Shown piece by piece: positions 1 through 15,322 of a stretch of 64,000 nt of DNA (position 1 is its first letter; each line of letters begins with the position of its first letter). The DNA comes from the human T2T-CHM13v2.0 reference genome, Homo sapiens: assembly GCF_009914755.1 (NCBI RefSeq), contig NC_060927.1, one strand, 5' to 3'. The notes under the pieces were generated by a model. That model saw nothing but the letters and a program-made list of their open reading frames with translations. It did not search any database and was not told the DNA's origin. A program made the position numbers and the translations under genes.

Positions 1-1934
1 AAGTATCAAAAAGACATAAATCCCAAACCAGTGATAATAACTATGAACATTTTTGGGGTTTTAAATTTTTTTCTAGAAAAGATTTAATAAAACATTTGTG
101 ATCATGTCATACTAAATGTTATAATATACTTCTTTCATTCTATAGCAAACATTTTATTTACTAATCTTCAAAACTTAAATTTCCTCATTATGTATTATAT
201 TTTATTGTGTACATATACCATGGTTTATTTAGCTAGTCTACTCACATGTTTTTAAGAAAAAAATATTTAAATATTTTCTTGTGCTATATGCTTAGAAGTG
301 TAATTATTGGGTAAAATTGTATAAACATGAGTCTAACCAAACTTCTTTTCATGAATCTTGTTTTTTTAATGTTTGTTATCAGTTTACATTCCCACCAACT
401 GTGCAAAAGTGTGGCCTGAAATCAATTTGATTATAGACTTGAAATCAATTGGATGATACAGTCTCCTCTTTGAAACATGCAAGTACTTTTAGGTGACTGA
501 AGGCCTGTCTAGATGTCTGCCACCAAATTGCAATAGTGTCTCTCGATATACCTTTGATTGTGGTCTATGGAAGGGATAGTAGTTTTGGCTGGAGGTGAGT
601 AAGACATCTTGAAGAATGGAGTATCCAGGAGTGGGGTGAGCAGACCTAGCTGGGATGGAAATAATATGAGTGAAGAGGTGGTAAAAGAGGGCTAGACAAA
701 GTCTATTTCGAGACTTTCACCTAAGGTTAATCTTGAACATGGGAATGGACATAATATTTTCCCCTTTTCCTTCTTAACCCTTGCTTTTAGTATCCCAAAT
801 GCTTTTATCCCTTTGGCTTCTACTATTAAAATAATCATTTAAACATAATTTGTGTCAAATAGGCTTTGGGTATGAGTTCTGTAAATATTAATTAAACAAG
901 TAAGAAAATATATTTCACATAGCAAAAATCCTCTAATTTTTGGAAAGTGGATTTGTAGCTACCTATGTGGCTTATAGGGTAGCTCAATATTCACTCCGTT
1001 TAGACTGAATTCCGGTGTCCCCATAAGAGCAGACTGTTTCTCTGTTCTGTTCTTTGTACAGTATAGCCAATGGGAAGGCAGCACTTTGTTAAAGAGTGCC
1101 AAGTCGGGGACTTTACCTTAAACACAAGTATGCATTTCAAACCCTGAACAAACAGCCTTCTTAATAAAATAAGGGAAAGAGTTTTCTTTCTTCTATTCTC
1201 TAGAAATTCACAAATATCACTTGACAGGTGACAGTTCTTCCCTTACAAAAGGGGCTGTTTGCCTTTTGCTTTGGTGTTTGGGTAAACTGCAGTATGCACT
1301 GGCAGAGAATTTATTGCCTAGGGGAAGGTGTTTGCAGTTGCTGTGTTTAATCTGAAAAGAAACCCTTTTCCTTCTGTCTCCTCCCTCTCTTTTTAAGGAG
1401 GGAGAGTTGGAAATGATAGCCCCAGGGAAATAGTTCCCTTAACACCTGTCTTTGGTGTAACCTCAGCAATGTTACTTAAGACACTGTGCTCAGACTGTAT
1501 GCATTAGGAATGACAAAGTTGAAGAGGGCAGATAAACAGAAAGGGATTTCAGCAGAAACACAGGAGCTGATTCTGACCTTGCATCCTCTTAAAAACTGAT
1601 CAGGTGGAAATCCTATCATGCTGGCTAAAAAGAATCTGATTTGTTTGAAGTAATACTCATGCTATTAGTCATCTGTCCTTTCCTTTGGCAAAATATGCAT
1701 ACATACATATATATATAGTTTCAATCTGTAAAACGTGAAAAATTCTACAATGTTATATTTAGGAACTTTAGACCTGCTAATTCTAGTCCAACCTTTAGTA
1801 GATGAGAAAACTATTAAGATCCAAGTTCATCAGTGGTGACTTCTCCAACATTTCTGATAAGCATTTTTAAGAAAACCAGGGCTACACCCAACTTTCTGGA
1901 TTTCTGGACCCATTTTTCCAGCTATTATCAGAGG

Positions 1935-2170
1935 TGGTGTGAAGAGGTCAGGCTCCAGAGATAGATGGCTGCCTGTGTTTGAATCTAGCTCAGTTATTCA
2001 GTATTTGGGTGACCTTGGGTGAATTACAGAATGTTTCTAAGCCTCAGTTTTCTCATCTGCAAAACAAGGATCAGGATTGATATTGGTGACATCCTATAGG
2101 AGAGCTGTTCTGATAACTGAGATAAGGCATGTTAGCATAACACACTGCCTGTGGCCAGTCCTCAGTGGAA
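1935..2170 (+). mobile_element. MIR SINE fragment
   Basis: MIR core-like text gtgaccttgggtgaattac...ctaagcctcagttttctcatctgcaaaa; boundaries approximate. Confidence 0.65.
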
Positions 2171-2328
2171 ATGGTTGTTGCTGTTAGTCTTTAGACTGTG
2201 TTAAATTTGGAAACAGTGAATTATTAATCCTAAATAGAGCAATTACTGATGCAGGACAAGAAAAAAATCTACACAGATTTGTATTTTTGTTTTTCCAAAA
2301 AATATGATATTATTTGAAGATACACTAG

Positions 2329-3442
2329 TGTTATTGTAGGTAGCTAGTCAGACATGAGCAGGACAGGAGAGGGCTCCACCCCCTACCCCCAACCCTCACC
2401 AGCAATCTCAGACGACCATAAGGTGATGGTCAGGCAGTTGTTACACTATTTCACTCAAATAATATTAATAATTGTTCGTGGTTGCAGCCAGCACCAGGGA
2501 AAGGCAGTCTCCCGATAGATAGAAAAAAAACCTTAAACTAGTGATCAGCAGCTTCCCAAAAAGACCTCAGGAGTTGGGTGAATGGGCTCAAGCATGTGTA
2601 CTAAGGGGCAAAATGGCAGAGTTTAACTAGTATATGACCTTCTAGGAACATTCAGACTAGTAAAGTGAGAACACCTCAAGCAGGGGTCCTCAATCTTTTT
2701 GGCACCAGGAACCAGTTTTGTAGAAGACAATTTTTCACAGAGAGTGGGTGGAGGTATGGTTTGGGAATGAAACTGTTCTACCTCAGATCATCAGGTATTA
2801 GTTAGATTCTCATAAGGAGCACACAACTTAGATCCCTCACGTGAGCAGTTCACAACAGGGTTCGTGCTCCTATGAGGATCTAATGCCCCCGCTGATCTGA
2901 CAGGAGGTGGGGTTCCAGTGGTAATGCTCACTGGCCTGCCTACCTCTCACCTCCTGCTGTGTGGTCCAGTTCCTAACAGGTCACATATTGGTACCAGTCC
3001 ATGGAATGGGGCCGGGGGCCCCTGGTCTCAAGTGAGCATGCATACAACTCGAGTAAACACATTGCACATGCAGCCCCTCCTTAGTGCACATGTCGACAGC
3101 CCACCCCAAGGAATAATCAGGGGAGAAGGGATGCAAGACTCCAGAAGTACACCAACATATAAAACCCTAAGTCAAAGGTCAAACCAGGCACTTGATCTTT
3201 CAAGTCACCTGCTTGGCTTCTTCCAAGTGTACTTTACTTCCTTTCATTCTTGCTCTAAAGCTTTTTAATAAACTTTCACTCCTGCTCTAGAACTTGTCTT
3301 GGTCTCTCCCTCTGCCTTATGCCCCTCAGTTGCATTCTTTATTCTGCGGAGGCAAGAGTTGAGGTCTCTGCAGACCCATACAGTTTGGTTGCCACTAACA
3401 TACTTTGGTGCTGCATGCCTTGGATATGTTCCACTGCTGACA
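2329..3442 (+). mobile_element. ERV1 solo LTR, MER50-like, interrupted by MER1B
   Basis: Starts TGTTATTGTAGGTAGCTAGTCAGACATGAGCAGG (MER50-type 5' end) and ends ...CTGACA; TATAAAA 3158-3164, AATAAA 3267-3272; flanks CTAG/CTGG fit a 4-bp TSD with one mismatch. Confidence 0.75.
2681..3024 (+). mobile_element. MER1B hAT-Charlie non-autonomous DNA transposon
   Basis: TIRs CAGGGGTCC...GGGCCCCTG, about 344 bp, flanked by degenerate 8-bp TSD ACCTCAAG/GTCTCAAG. Confidence 0.85.
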
Positions 3443-3788
3443 CTGGCAGGCTGTGAAATATGACTTGACCATCATTTCCCATTTGAAACTAGACAAGGTT
3501 GAGTTTTCTTCAAACTAAGATCAGGATTTTGAACCAGACAGACTTCTTATGAAAGCCAACACTCTTTTGTCTGTTCAGGTTTCAGAGAACTCACAAGAAA
3601 ACTTTATTTTACTTGCTAATTTTGTTTATTTGGGTGTCATTCAGTAATGATAACATAATGAAATATTCCCTTTGCCAGTCTAATGATTAAGAGCGTGGGC
3701 TTTGCAGTTGAGCACACCAATATACTTGAGTTTAAATCTTAGCATGATAATGAAGTCAGAGCTGAATGAACTCCTATATAGTTTAATT

Positions 3789-3966
3789 CCGTGGTTCTCA
3801 CCGTGTGTTCTCAGGGCCAGCAGCATCAGCATCATCTAAGAACTTGTTAAGAAATGCAAATTATTGGATATCACTCCAGATCTACTGAATCAGAAACTGG
3901 AGGGAAAGTGAGAGTGGTGATCTTTCTATAAGCCCTCCAGGTGATTCAGATGTTTGAGAACCAGTG
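3789..3966. mobile_element. MER5A-like hAT-Charlie element
   Basis: gtggttctca...gccagcagcatcagcatc...aatgcaaatt...tactgaatcagaaact...tttgagaaccagtg with inverted termini. Confidence 0.75.
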
Positions 3967-4037
3967 GTACAATCAAGTGATTTAGTATATATTTTTATGG
4001 GAGGGGACAGAACTCGGGCTTTGGGAAGTGACTAACC

Positions 4038-7000
4038 TGTCAAGGAAGAGGAAAACTCTGTAAAATATTTGAAGAGGTTTATTGTGAGCCAAATATGAGT
4101 GACCATGGCCCTCAAATTTCAAGAGGTTTTGAGAACATGTGCCCAAGGTTGTTGGTTTTCAGCTTGATTTTATACATTTTAGGGAGATGTAAGATATCAG
4201 TCAATACATATGAGGTATACATTAGTATGATCTGGAAAAATGGGACAAATTGAAGCTAAGGGCTCACGGGTCATAGGTGGACTCAAAGATTTTCTAATTG
4301 GCAACTGTTTATTTTAAAACATGGAATCAATAGAAAGGAGTGTCTGCGTTGAGATAAGGAGTTGTGGAGGCCACAGTTCTTATTATGTAGATGAAGTCTC
4401 ATAGGTGACCACCCTCAGAGAGAGTAGCTGTTGTATTACTCCATTTTCATGCTGCTGATAAAGACATACCCAAGACTGGGCAATTTACAAAAGAAAGAGG
4501 TTTATTGGACTTACAGTTCCACATGGCCTGAGAGGCCTCACGATCATGGTGGAAGGCAAGGAGGAGCAAGTCACATCTTATGTGGATGGCAGCAGGCAAA
4601 GAGAGAGCTTGTGTGGAGAAACTCCTGTTTTTAAAACCATCAGATCTTATGAGACCCATTCACTATCACAAAAACAGCACTGGAAAGACCCGCCCCTATG
4701 ATTCAATCCTCTACCACTGGGTCCCTCCCAAAACACAAGGGAATTATGGGAGCTACAAAATGAGATTTGGGTGGGGATGCAGAACCAAACCATTTCATTC
4801 CACCCCTGGCCCCTCTCAAATCTCATATCTTCACATTTCAAAACCAATCATGCCTTCCCAACAGTCCCCCAAAGTCTCAACTCCTTTCTGCATTAACTCA
4901 GAAGTCCCCAGTCTAAAGTTTCTTCTGAGACAAGGCAAGTCCCTTCTGCCTATGAGCCTGTAAAATCAAAAGCAAGTTAGTTCCTTCCTAGATACAATGG
5001 GGGTATAGGTATTGGGTAAATGTGGCCATTCCAAATGGGAGAAATTGGCCAAAACAAAGGGGCTACTGGCCCCATGTAAGTCCAAAATCCAGTGGGGCAG
5101 TCAAATCTTCAAGCTCCAAAATGGTCTCCTTTGACTGCATCTCTCACATCCAGATCACGCTGATGCAAAAAGTGGGTTCACATGGCCTTGGGCAGCTCTG
5201 CCTCTGTGGTTTTGCAGGGTATAGCTTCCCTCCTGGCTGCCTTCATGGGCTGGTGTTGAGTGTGGTTTTTCCAGGCACACAGTGCAAGCAGTCAGTGGAT
5301 CTACCACTCTGGGGTCTGGAGAACACTGGCCCTCTTCTTACAACTCCACTAGGCAGTGCCCCAGTAGGGACTCTGTGTGGGGGCTCCCACTCCATATATC
5401 CCTTCTGCCCTGCCCTAATAGAGGTTCTCCATGAGGACCCTGCCTTGACAGTAAACTTCTTCCCAGGCATCCAGGCATTTCCATACATGTTCTGAAATCT
5501 AGGTGGAGGTTCTCAAACCTCAGTTCTTGACTTCTGTGCACACACAGGCTCAACACCATGTAGAAGCTGCCAAAGCTTGAGGCTTGCACCCTCTGAGGCC
5601 ATGGTACAAGCTCTACATTGCCCCTCTCAGCCACAGGTAGAATGGCTGGGATGCAGGGCACCAAGTCCCTAGGCTGCACACAGCACAGATACCCTGGGCT
5701 TGCCTATGAAAGCACTTTTTCCTCCTAAACCTCCAGGCCTGTGATGGGAGAGGTTGCCACATAGGTCTCTGACATTCCCTGGAAACATTTTCCCCATTGT
5801 CTTGGTGATTAACATTAGGCTGCTTGTTACTTATGCAAATTGCTGCAGCCAACTTAAATTTCTCCTCAGAAAATTGGATTTTGTTTTCTGTTGCATTGTC
5901 AGGCTGCAAATTTTCCAAACTTTTGTGCTGTTTCCCTTTTGAAACTGAATGCATTTAATAGCACCCAAGTCACTTCTTAAATGCTTTACTGATTAGAAAT
6001 TTCTTCCACCAGATACCCTAAATTATCTCACTCAAGTTCAAAGTTGTGCAAATCTGTAGGGCAGGGGCAAAATGCCACCAGTAACTTTGCTAAATCATAA
6101 CAAGAGTCATCTTTGCTCCAATTCCCAACAAGTTCCTCATCTCCACCTGTGACCACCTCAGCCTGGACCTTATTGTTCATATCACTATCAGCATTTTTGT
6201 CAAAGCCATTCAACAAGTCTCTAGGAAGTTCCAAACTTCCCTGCATTATCTTGTCTTCTGAGCCCTCCAAACTGTTCAACCTCTGCCCGTTACCCAGTTC
6301 CAAAGTTGCTTCCACGTTTTTGGGTATCTTTTCAGCAACACCACACTTCTGGTACTAATTTACTGTATTAGTCCATTTTACACTACTGATATAGACATAT
6401 CCGAGACTGGGCAATTTAAAAAAGAAAGAGGTTTATTGGACTTACAGTTCCACATGGCTGGGGAGGCCTCACAATCATGGCTGAAGGCAAGGAGGAGCAA
6501 GTCACATCTTATGTGGATGGCAGCAGGCAGAGAGAGCTTGTGCAGAGAAACCCCCGTTTTTAAAACCATCAGATCTCCTGAGACTCATTCACTATCACGA
6601 GAACAGCATGGGAAAGACCTGCTCCCATGATTTAATTACCTTCCACAGGGTGTCTCCCACAACAGGTGGGAATAGGAAAGCTACAAGATGAGATCTGGGT
6701 GAGAACACAGAGCCAAACCATAGCAGATGGCAAATGTTTCCTATTCAGAACTTTAAAATATACTAGACTTTCAGTTAATTTCTTCAGGATTGGGAGGACC
6801 TGGAAGAGGAAAGATCTAGTTAATGTTAATAGAGATTCTTTACAGATGCAAATTTCCCCCCACAAAGGCTGCCTGTTAGGGCCACTTCAAAATATGGCAA
6901 AGAAACATATTTTGGTATAAAATATTTTGTTGGCTTCTTTATCTGTTATTTGGTATGTCAGAGTCGTGGTGTTTAAGGTTCAGGGAAACCCCTGTGATGG

Positions 7001-7087
7001 GATTTTATGGTTTGTAGGGCATGACTCCTCAGGTCCCTTAGATAGCTTTTGGGGCAAGAGAGAAAAAAGGTCAGAGTTTAGTCCTCA
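4038..7087 (-). mobile_element. MER4-group ERV1 solo LTR split by a THE1 insertion (pieces about 4038-4431 and 6726-7087)
   Basis: Minus strand begins TGAGGACTAAACTCTGAC (MER4-type start); left piece has gagccaaatatgagtgaccatggccc...gagaacatgtgcccaagg; the two pieces read continuously across the THE1. Confidence 0.75.
4432..6725 (-). mobile_element. Full-length THE1 (THE1A/B-like, ERVL-MaLR): LTRs 4432-4797 and 6364-6725, internal 4798-6363
   Basis: Two homologous ~365-bp direct repeats starting TGTATTA(C/G)TCCATTTT and ending CA; minus-strand polypurine tract GAGGGGCCAGGGGTGGAA next to 4797; ~1.57-kb internal region; degenerate 5-bp TSD GCTGT/GATGG. Confidence 0.92.
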
Positions 7088-7636
7088 GGCCCAAAGGTAT
7101 ACAGCTATAATGACAGAGAAGAAATTTCTAGACCCATCTCTAAGATAATTATTTCTGACTGTGACTCATTTTAAAACATGTGGAAGGGTCTGCTGGGTTT
7201 TATCATTTAAAAAGTTAAAAGGTAAAATGTAATACTTTAAAATAGTAATTAAATATGATTATTCAGTGGTTGGCTACATGTATCTTTATAAGTAAGATGT
7301 TAAATGCATTCTCATGAAAATCTCTTCCTTGGCAAAAGAACTAAAATGTCAAGCTTGTGTACTTATTAGTTCAAGAAGCACTTACTGAGTATCTGCTAAG
7401 TTCAACACACTCTGCTAGGAGTGCAACGTTTAAAAGAGCTGAGTCTATCACTGCCTACAACTTAGAGTGGGTGAGGAGACAGATATGAAGTCAATAAACT
7501 AGATTATTAATGATCTAAATTATTGTACCTGGGAAAATATTTGCTGCTGAAATATTGAGGGATCGATAGAAAAGACAATAAATGGGCATCCATCATTGAA
7601 CAACAGACCAGAGTTCTGTTATTAACAAGGACTGCT

Positions 7637-7941
<305 letters not shown>

Positions 7942-10063
7942 GGAGGGTACTGCTGGGCTATATTACTTTAGAGACAGTATTTTATACCAAACTCTATCTG
8001 AATAATGTAGAGCATGATATATTTTTCATCACGCAGCTCAGTGGTCCTACATTCAGTTACGTTTGATGCTTGCTAAACTGGAGGCAATGTGGAGAATGAA
8101 TTAATAAACAAAAAGCAAATTCTGCCCCTAAGGATTTCTTAGTTTGTTATGGACAGGAGACAATACAAGCAACTCATGTCAAGGTAGAGATTGCTAAGTG
8201 CCAGAGGAAAGTAAAGCTGTAAAGAGCAGAAATTCTGATCACCATTTGTATTTGAAAGCTCAGGAAATAGCCTGGTCACTTGAAAGAGGTGGGGAGAGGT
8301 TATACTAGGAAGACGAACTGTGTTTAAGGTAGTTAGGAAATAGGCTGCCAGCTTAAATGTGTGAAACACTCAGTCTGACATGAAATGGTGATGCTTAGAG
8401 CTAAAAAATACTTGACTCATCGGAAGTATTTAAATTAATTTTTAAAAGTGTACTAGACGTGCAGAACATATATATGGCCATCAGTGTGACAACCCTTACT
8501 TAAGTGTAAACATGACTTTGACAGAATGTGCAATGGGAGGAGAGTCAGCTTGGTTTGATGTGAACCCTACAGCAAGATAAATTATATGGGAATAAACAAA
8601 CAGCTGAGGGTCAATTAAAGAAAAATAGGAATACTCTATAACCTGGTGCTCTTGCTGAGCTGACTGTGGTAATTAGAGGATGGGTGGCTGGGGATGTGCA
8701 GGTCCCTGTGCATGCATATGACCTCAAACTCTGCACCCTTGTATGCTCATTGTCAAAAGAGGTGGGTGTCTTGGGATTATGATTAAGTCCCTCTGGCACA
8801 CTGTTCTTTGCAGATAAGGCCCTATGAATTGTCTACTTTTTCTGTCCCAATATCCATTCAGAATAGACTACATGCTATTTCTTGGAGTAAGAATAGAGGA
8901 AAATGAGAGTCTCTTTAGTTTTCAGTCTAACGAGGAATACAGGTGCATATCCCACTACCTAGGAAACAAGAACCATGTTGATAAAATGCCAGAATACAAA
9001 CAGAGCTGATAAAACCAATAGCTGGATGGCTTATTTCTGACTGGGAGGATTACAGGTGTCTTCATCAGGTAAAAGGTAAAAATTGAAACACCCACGCACA
9101 CACACATAGGTCATACTCTTAGTGTGTGCAGTATAAGCTTTTTACTGGGAGCTATTTTGAAGATGTTCCCTTGGCTGTCTACTTTGTGGACATAGGTTGG
9201 CTGACTGGGGTGCTCATCAGGAGTATATTGTCTGCAGTGATGTAAGCTTAATTCTAGTCTCTTTTGTCTACTAAAGTTATCCATTGTGTTTAGGAAAGAC
9301 ATACAATTCACTTGTAGATTAAAAAAAATAGTTCTAACTTCATTGTGTTTACTTATCATCCTCCCAAGAAGCTGGGAGCTCCTAATGGATATTATTCAAG
9401 TCATTTCTCACCACACACTCTTGAAGAGGTAGAAAGAGCCCAGGTATTTTAAAATCTCATTTTTGTACTTCGGCGGCACAGCGTAATGAATCAGAAAATA
9501 AACTAGAAATAAGACCCATGCTTTGTCCTGGAATGGAGCGCACTTTGTTCTAGTAAATGTTCCTACCTGCTTTTCTTAAAATTAGAACTAGATGGCTTAT
9601 AAAATGTGGCTTTTAAAAAAGAACTCTTTTAGATGTCTGGGTGGGGTATCAGATGATTTTTCTGTAATCAAAGCTTTATTGGAGCGTTGTGGATTTAGTG
9701 ATGTTGGCTGCCCTGGATGAAAGGAATCAGCAGAAACCATCTTTGCTATTGAATTAAATAGATGCAGCCAGTTTCCCATTTAACCAAGATATTTTATTCA
9801 CTTTTTAGCAATAAGCCTGTTTAGGAAAAGAGACAACTCAGCTGCTTGATGAGATTTTATGGTTTGATAGAAAACTAAGGAGAATATAGAGCAGAAAAAA
9901 AATCAGTTTTGTGACTAATTGATATGAGAAACAAATGTATCCCCGTATATTGTTTTTTTCCCCCCTGAGATCCAAGAATTAATCTCATCAAGTAACATTA
10001 AGTTCTTTGGAAATCCTTTGACATAAAAAGGAAAATTGGGGTTTTCAATTTGGGGCTTTGTAA

Positions 10064-10401
<338 letters not shown>

Positions 10402-10424
10402 TGTCCTCTGCATTTTTAAAGGAA

Positions 10425-10600
10425 CAGCAGTTTGGTGAAAAAGCACTGGCCTAGGAGCCAGGAGCCTTGGCTTCTGTTCTTCATGCTGCTGCCACTAATT
10501 GTTTTCTGTTCATGAACAGATAACTCCCTCTCTGGGCTTAGTTTCCTTATGGGTGAAAGCACGGAGTTGGGCTAGGTGAATACTCAGTGTTCTTATAGTC
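10425..10600 (+). mobile_element. MIR fragment
   Basis: gaaaaagcactggcctaggagccaggag...ctctctgggcttagtttcctta; boundaries approximate. Confidence 0.55.
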
Positions 10601-10721
10601 TGTAATGGATAAATCTCCATGCTCTTGCTTCTGAATTCTATGTTGCTAGGATTCCTCTTGTGTCTCCATGTGGCTATGGTGGGCACCCAGCACATCTAAA
10701 TAGGTTTTTAAGAAACATTGG

Positions 10722-10876
10722 TGCACAGGTGCAATGGTGAATGCCTGTAGTCCCAGCTACTTGGGAGGCTGAGTGGGGAGGATCACTTGAACCCAGGAAT
10801 TTGAGACTGCAGTGTGCTATGGAGCCACTGCCCTCTAGCCTGGCCAACATAGCAAGACCTCATCTAAAAAAATAAT
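10722..10876 (+). mobile_element. Alu monomer (FRAM/FAM-like)
   Basis: gcctgtagtcccagctacttgggaggctgag...gagactgcagtg...short A tail; single monomer. Confidence 0.8.
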
Positions 10877-13800
10877 AACTAGTGAAAGCATATATAAACA
10901 AATGTAATCTGTATGAAATAGTGTAAAACAACATTTCTTTCTAAATAATAGCTGTAGCGTGGAATCTAAAGAGTTTGATGGTGTCTCTTCTTTCTTTCTG
11001 TCCTTGGATCGGGGGTGAGCATTGCAAAAACCCAAACACAAAAGCTACATTTACATATCTGAAAAAATAAATACTTCCTAATCAGGTTTTTTTTTTCTGT
11101 GGAGGTGGGGTGGGTGGTAAGGTATTACACTAATAAAGACCAGTCATAAATGTGAATACTGTCTGGAGTTGGTGAAAGGAGAAGTTCCTAACTCTTTCTG
11201 TTACTCTCCTGTTCCTTTCTCTAACATGCTGCCTCTGTCTTCCTCGCAAGCCCTGCAGGCAGTGTTCTTTCCAAACAACTACTTGCCTAACCAGTTCATT
11301 GGAATGTCTTTTCTCCAGACTGTCTCCTCATTGAGATTTCTTCTGAAAATTAACCTCGCTAAAAACATAAATCATGTTTAAAAAAAATACAGTGGTAAAT
11401 ATTGCACATAAAATCTTTTCTCTGGTTTAAAAAAATGCACAAACCTACCTACCACTTTGAAACAGCAACAGTAACAAAAACAGAAACAATTAGGGCAACA
11501 GTTGCTTTTCTCCTTTTAAAGAAAATACTTTTCTTGGTTGCAATTGTTCTTTGGAGTGACAGGGATTAAACTCTTTGGATGAAATCTTTCCTCCTTATTG
11601 CACACCTCCTATCCCTCACCCTGCAGCCTGGGAGTGATTTTAGGAAATATTAAGTATATATTTTCTTGGCTGGCACTTTAAATAAGGTATAAATTGTGGA
11701 ACAAAGTATAAAAATCACGTATTTCCACAAATCTTGCCATATAACAAATCTTTCCCCATAACTTTTTGTTTGTTTGCTTTCATACAAACAAAAGGTTCTT
11801 CGTCTATGGTGAAAAATGTAATGGTTGTAGAGTATATACTTCAAAATTTATCTTTATTATTTATTAGCATCTTAGGCAATCACAGATGTCAGTGGATTCT
11901 TTTCCTTTTTTATTTTATTTGAACCAGTTTCTCATCCAGCAGTTCTACATGAAAGAAAAAAAAACATGAACAGTAATAACTCACATAACATGTTCTTGTT
12001 GTTGTGTATAGGTACTATTAAATAAATAGGGATAGTTTGTGGTTTGAATTCATTGAAGGGGAAAAACCAGTAAACATGTACCAATCTTTCAATTTATGCA
12101 GCGGAATCAGGATGCTTTTCATAGTGTTATAAAAATTCAATTTCGCTTTCTCTGGCTAAAATCTGAATGGCCAAGAATGGAATAGTCATTTTCTTTGCTA
12201 GTTTCGTATTTGAAGATATCCCCAGAATTTGAATCAATCTGAAGTTTGATTTTCATTTCTAACTCCTCTGGAACAATATGATGAAACAGCCATACTCATC
12301 AGGAAGTTCAGCTAAACAGGAGCTCATGGTTGGAAAACCGTGAGTCTCAAGTTTTACCATATAGAGTGTAGGATACTAAATTGTCTGATAGACAATAGAA
12401 ATAAGTCATCATCTTATGGCTTAATTACAGGAGAAAAGAATGTTCAGACTCAAATATCTCAATAAACAGACTGTTGTACAGAGACAAAAGAGCTACCTTA
12501 GAAGTTTTGGACCCTGGATTGTAGTCATGAATTCTCTACCATTTAGTGATGTGATCTGACACATGTCACTAACCCTCTCTAGTGTCAGTTTCGTCACTTA
12601 CAATAATCTAAATATTTGATATTTAATCCAGGATTTTAGAATAATAATACATATGTGAAATCACATACAATATGTCAGCACATCACGTAAAACAAATGAA
12701 GTAGCATTTTATTGTTAGAGATTTATTTTAAGAACTAGGTACTTCAGGCTCTGTGTTCAAACCCCCCGCGTGTATGAATAACTAACCATCTCTAGGTTTT
12801 AGGGGTTTTGTTGCTGCTGTTGCTGTTGCTGTTTTTTTGCAAAACGGGATTAATATGACTATGGTGAAAACTAATTGAGATAGTAAATATAAAGAGCTTA
12901 CCACAATAGCATTGGTTCAATAAACGTGGGCTTTTCTTTACTATTTACTTTTTTAGGTCAGTCATTGAACACAAGGGGCTGTTTTAAATAAACACAATTT
13001 AAGGGGTGATTTTGTATAGAAGTTACAATATTTTACCAGCATCAACATCCAATTCCTCTTGTATTTTGGTAGCGATGTTATTCTCATGATTATGTAATTC
13101 TTTTAAAATATCTCGAATCACAAACGTAGGTAGTTGCATGTTACTTTTTAAAACTGTTTTTGCCACCTCCAGATAATCATTACTCAAACTGCTCTAAAAT
13201 CCTGAAAGACAAATAGTAAGAAAATATTTTAAAGTCAACACACTATTATTAAACAATTGCTTATTTTTCCTTCTTATAAACACTTTTGACCAAAAATTCC
13301 AAAACGTATGCACTGCAATGGCCTATGATACAATATCTCCCGCTGTACATTGAGGATTGACTTGTCATTTTATAGTTGACTTAATATTAGGTTGTTATAA
13401 GAGAATGTACTGAAAACTTATTTGACAGTGGCAGGTGGGTGCCATAGTGAGACTTCATGTACAGATTAAATGAATGTAACGGATAAAGCATGGAGCTGAA
13501 CAACAGCAAAAAAGCACAGAGTTAAAACTTCCTAGTAAATGACATTTACAAGAAGTATAGGTATGTTCACGAAGATGACCAGAGAAGATTCAATCTAGGG
13601 TCAGAACAAAAGCAAATTAATCTGGCTGCAGAAGACCTCTTTGAAGCTCACGTCTAAAACTAACTATTTGTGTAACATCAGCCAAGTTATTTCATCTCCC
13701 TGTTTCATTACCTCATTTGTAAATTGTGGATTATAATAGTACCTTCCTCATAGGCTGATGTGAGAATTAAAACAAACCATGTATATAAAGTGCTCAGAAT

Positions 13801-14965
13801 CATGTCTTGCCTTAAAAAGTGTTTAACAAATGGTCACTGTTGTCATTCTCTGACTCTGTTTATGCATATATGTATTTTTTCAATGTTTAATACTGCATTA
13901 AAGGCACTATAAATTCTATCATCTTCCGATACCTTGATTCCATGTAAGGATCAAGTTGAATAATAGAGTAGAAGTTTATTCTGGGTAAAAATGAAAGCAC
14001 AATTTTATCTCATTAAATGTTATTCTAGTCAGTTCCTTTGAGAATATTGGACAGTAAAACACTATTACAGATGTTCCTGTTTATGTGTATACATTTGTGG
14101 TTATTTCAGTCTGACAAGCCAGCTCTACCATGAGTTTGGATTAGAAATTGTGTATCCACTGGATGTAAGAACTATGTTTGATCTTTTCTTGGTATTCTTC
14201 CACTTAATTGGTATTCCTTTAAAATAATTAGAATTAATCCAATTAATAAAATTAATATGGTCTGTGAGTACAAATATGATTATAATAAATATAGCCAATA
14301 AATGGTTTATATACCATATAGGATGTATCAAAAGAAATAAAACTTTCAAAATGACTGTGCCCATTTAGACATTTTAAAATGTTTCTAAGTAGCCATTGTA
14401 GGCAATTATGTTGCTGGACTTCCTCCTTGTCACTGACCTTCAATGAAAGATTATTCAGAGCATAAAAGTGTCCCTATTTTAATGCTAATTTGTTTTCAGA
14501 ATTAAAATTATCTTATCCTATTTGACTACTCATGTTACACTCTAAATTTGGCTGAATAAATTTTCTAAAAAGATGAACATTTGTTACCATTGATTATATT
14601 CCAATAATAAGTCACAGACTGGTTCATAACTTACAACAGATTGTTTACCAGGGTTACAACTTCATGAAATCAGAAATTATACGTTTTTGTGTGTTAAACA
14701 TATTATAAAGCCTGGCACCTGTTCATTTTTAGCAAATGTTTGTTGAATGGTTTGAGGCGGTAGTAGCCTCATCTCTTGAACTAAATTGTTAGTGCCTTTA
14801 GAAAAGTGGTACAATCTGAATCTTCTAAATGCTGCATATTGCCTTGATCTAAGTTTTGAAAACCAGACACAATCCTTATCATTGGGGCACCATCCTTGTT
14901 AGAATTTTTTATCTGTTGCTTTCTATTCATCTGGAATGTGTAAATATTAAATTAAAATTATTTTG

Positions 14966-15322
<357 letters not shown>

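Noticed and set aside
4431-6920. Dense overlapping ORFs of 60-157 aa on both strands
   Set aside because: All lie in THE1/MER4 sequence; fragmented MaLR remnants without a continuous frame
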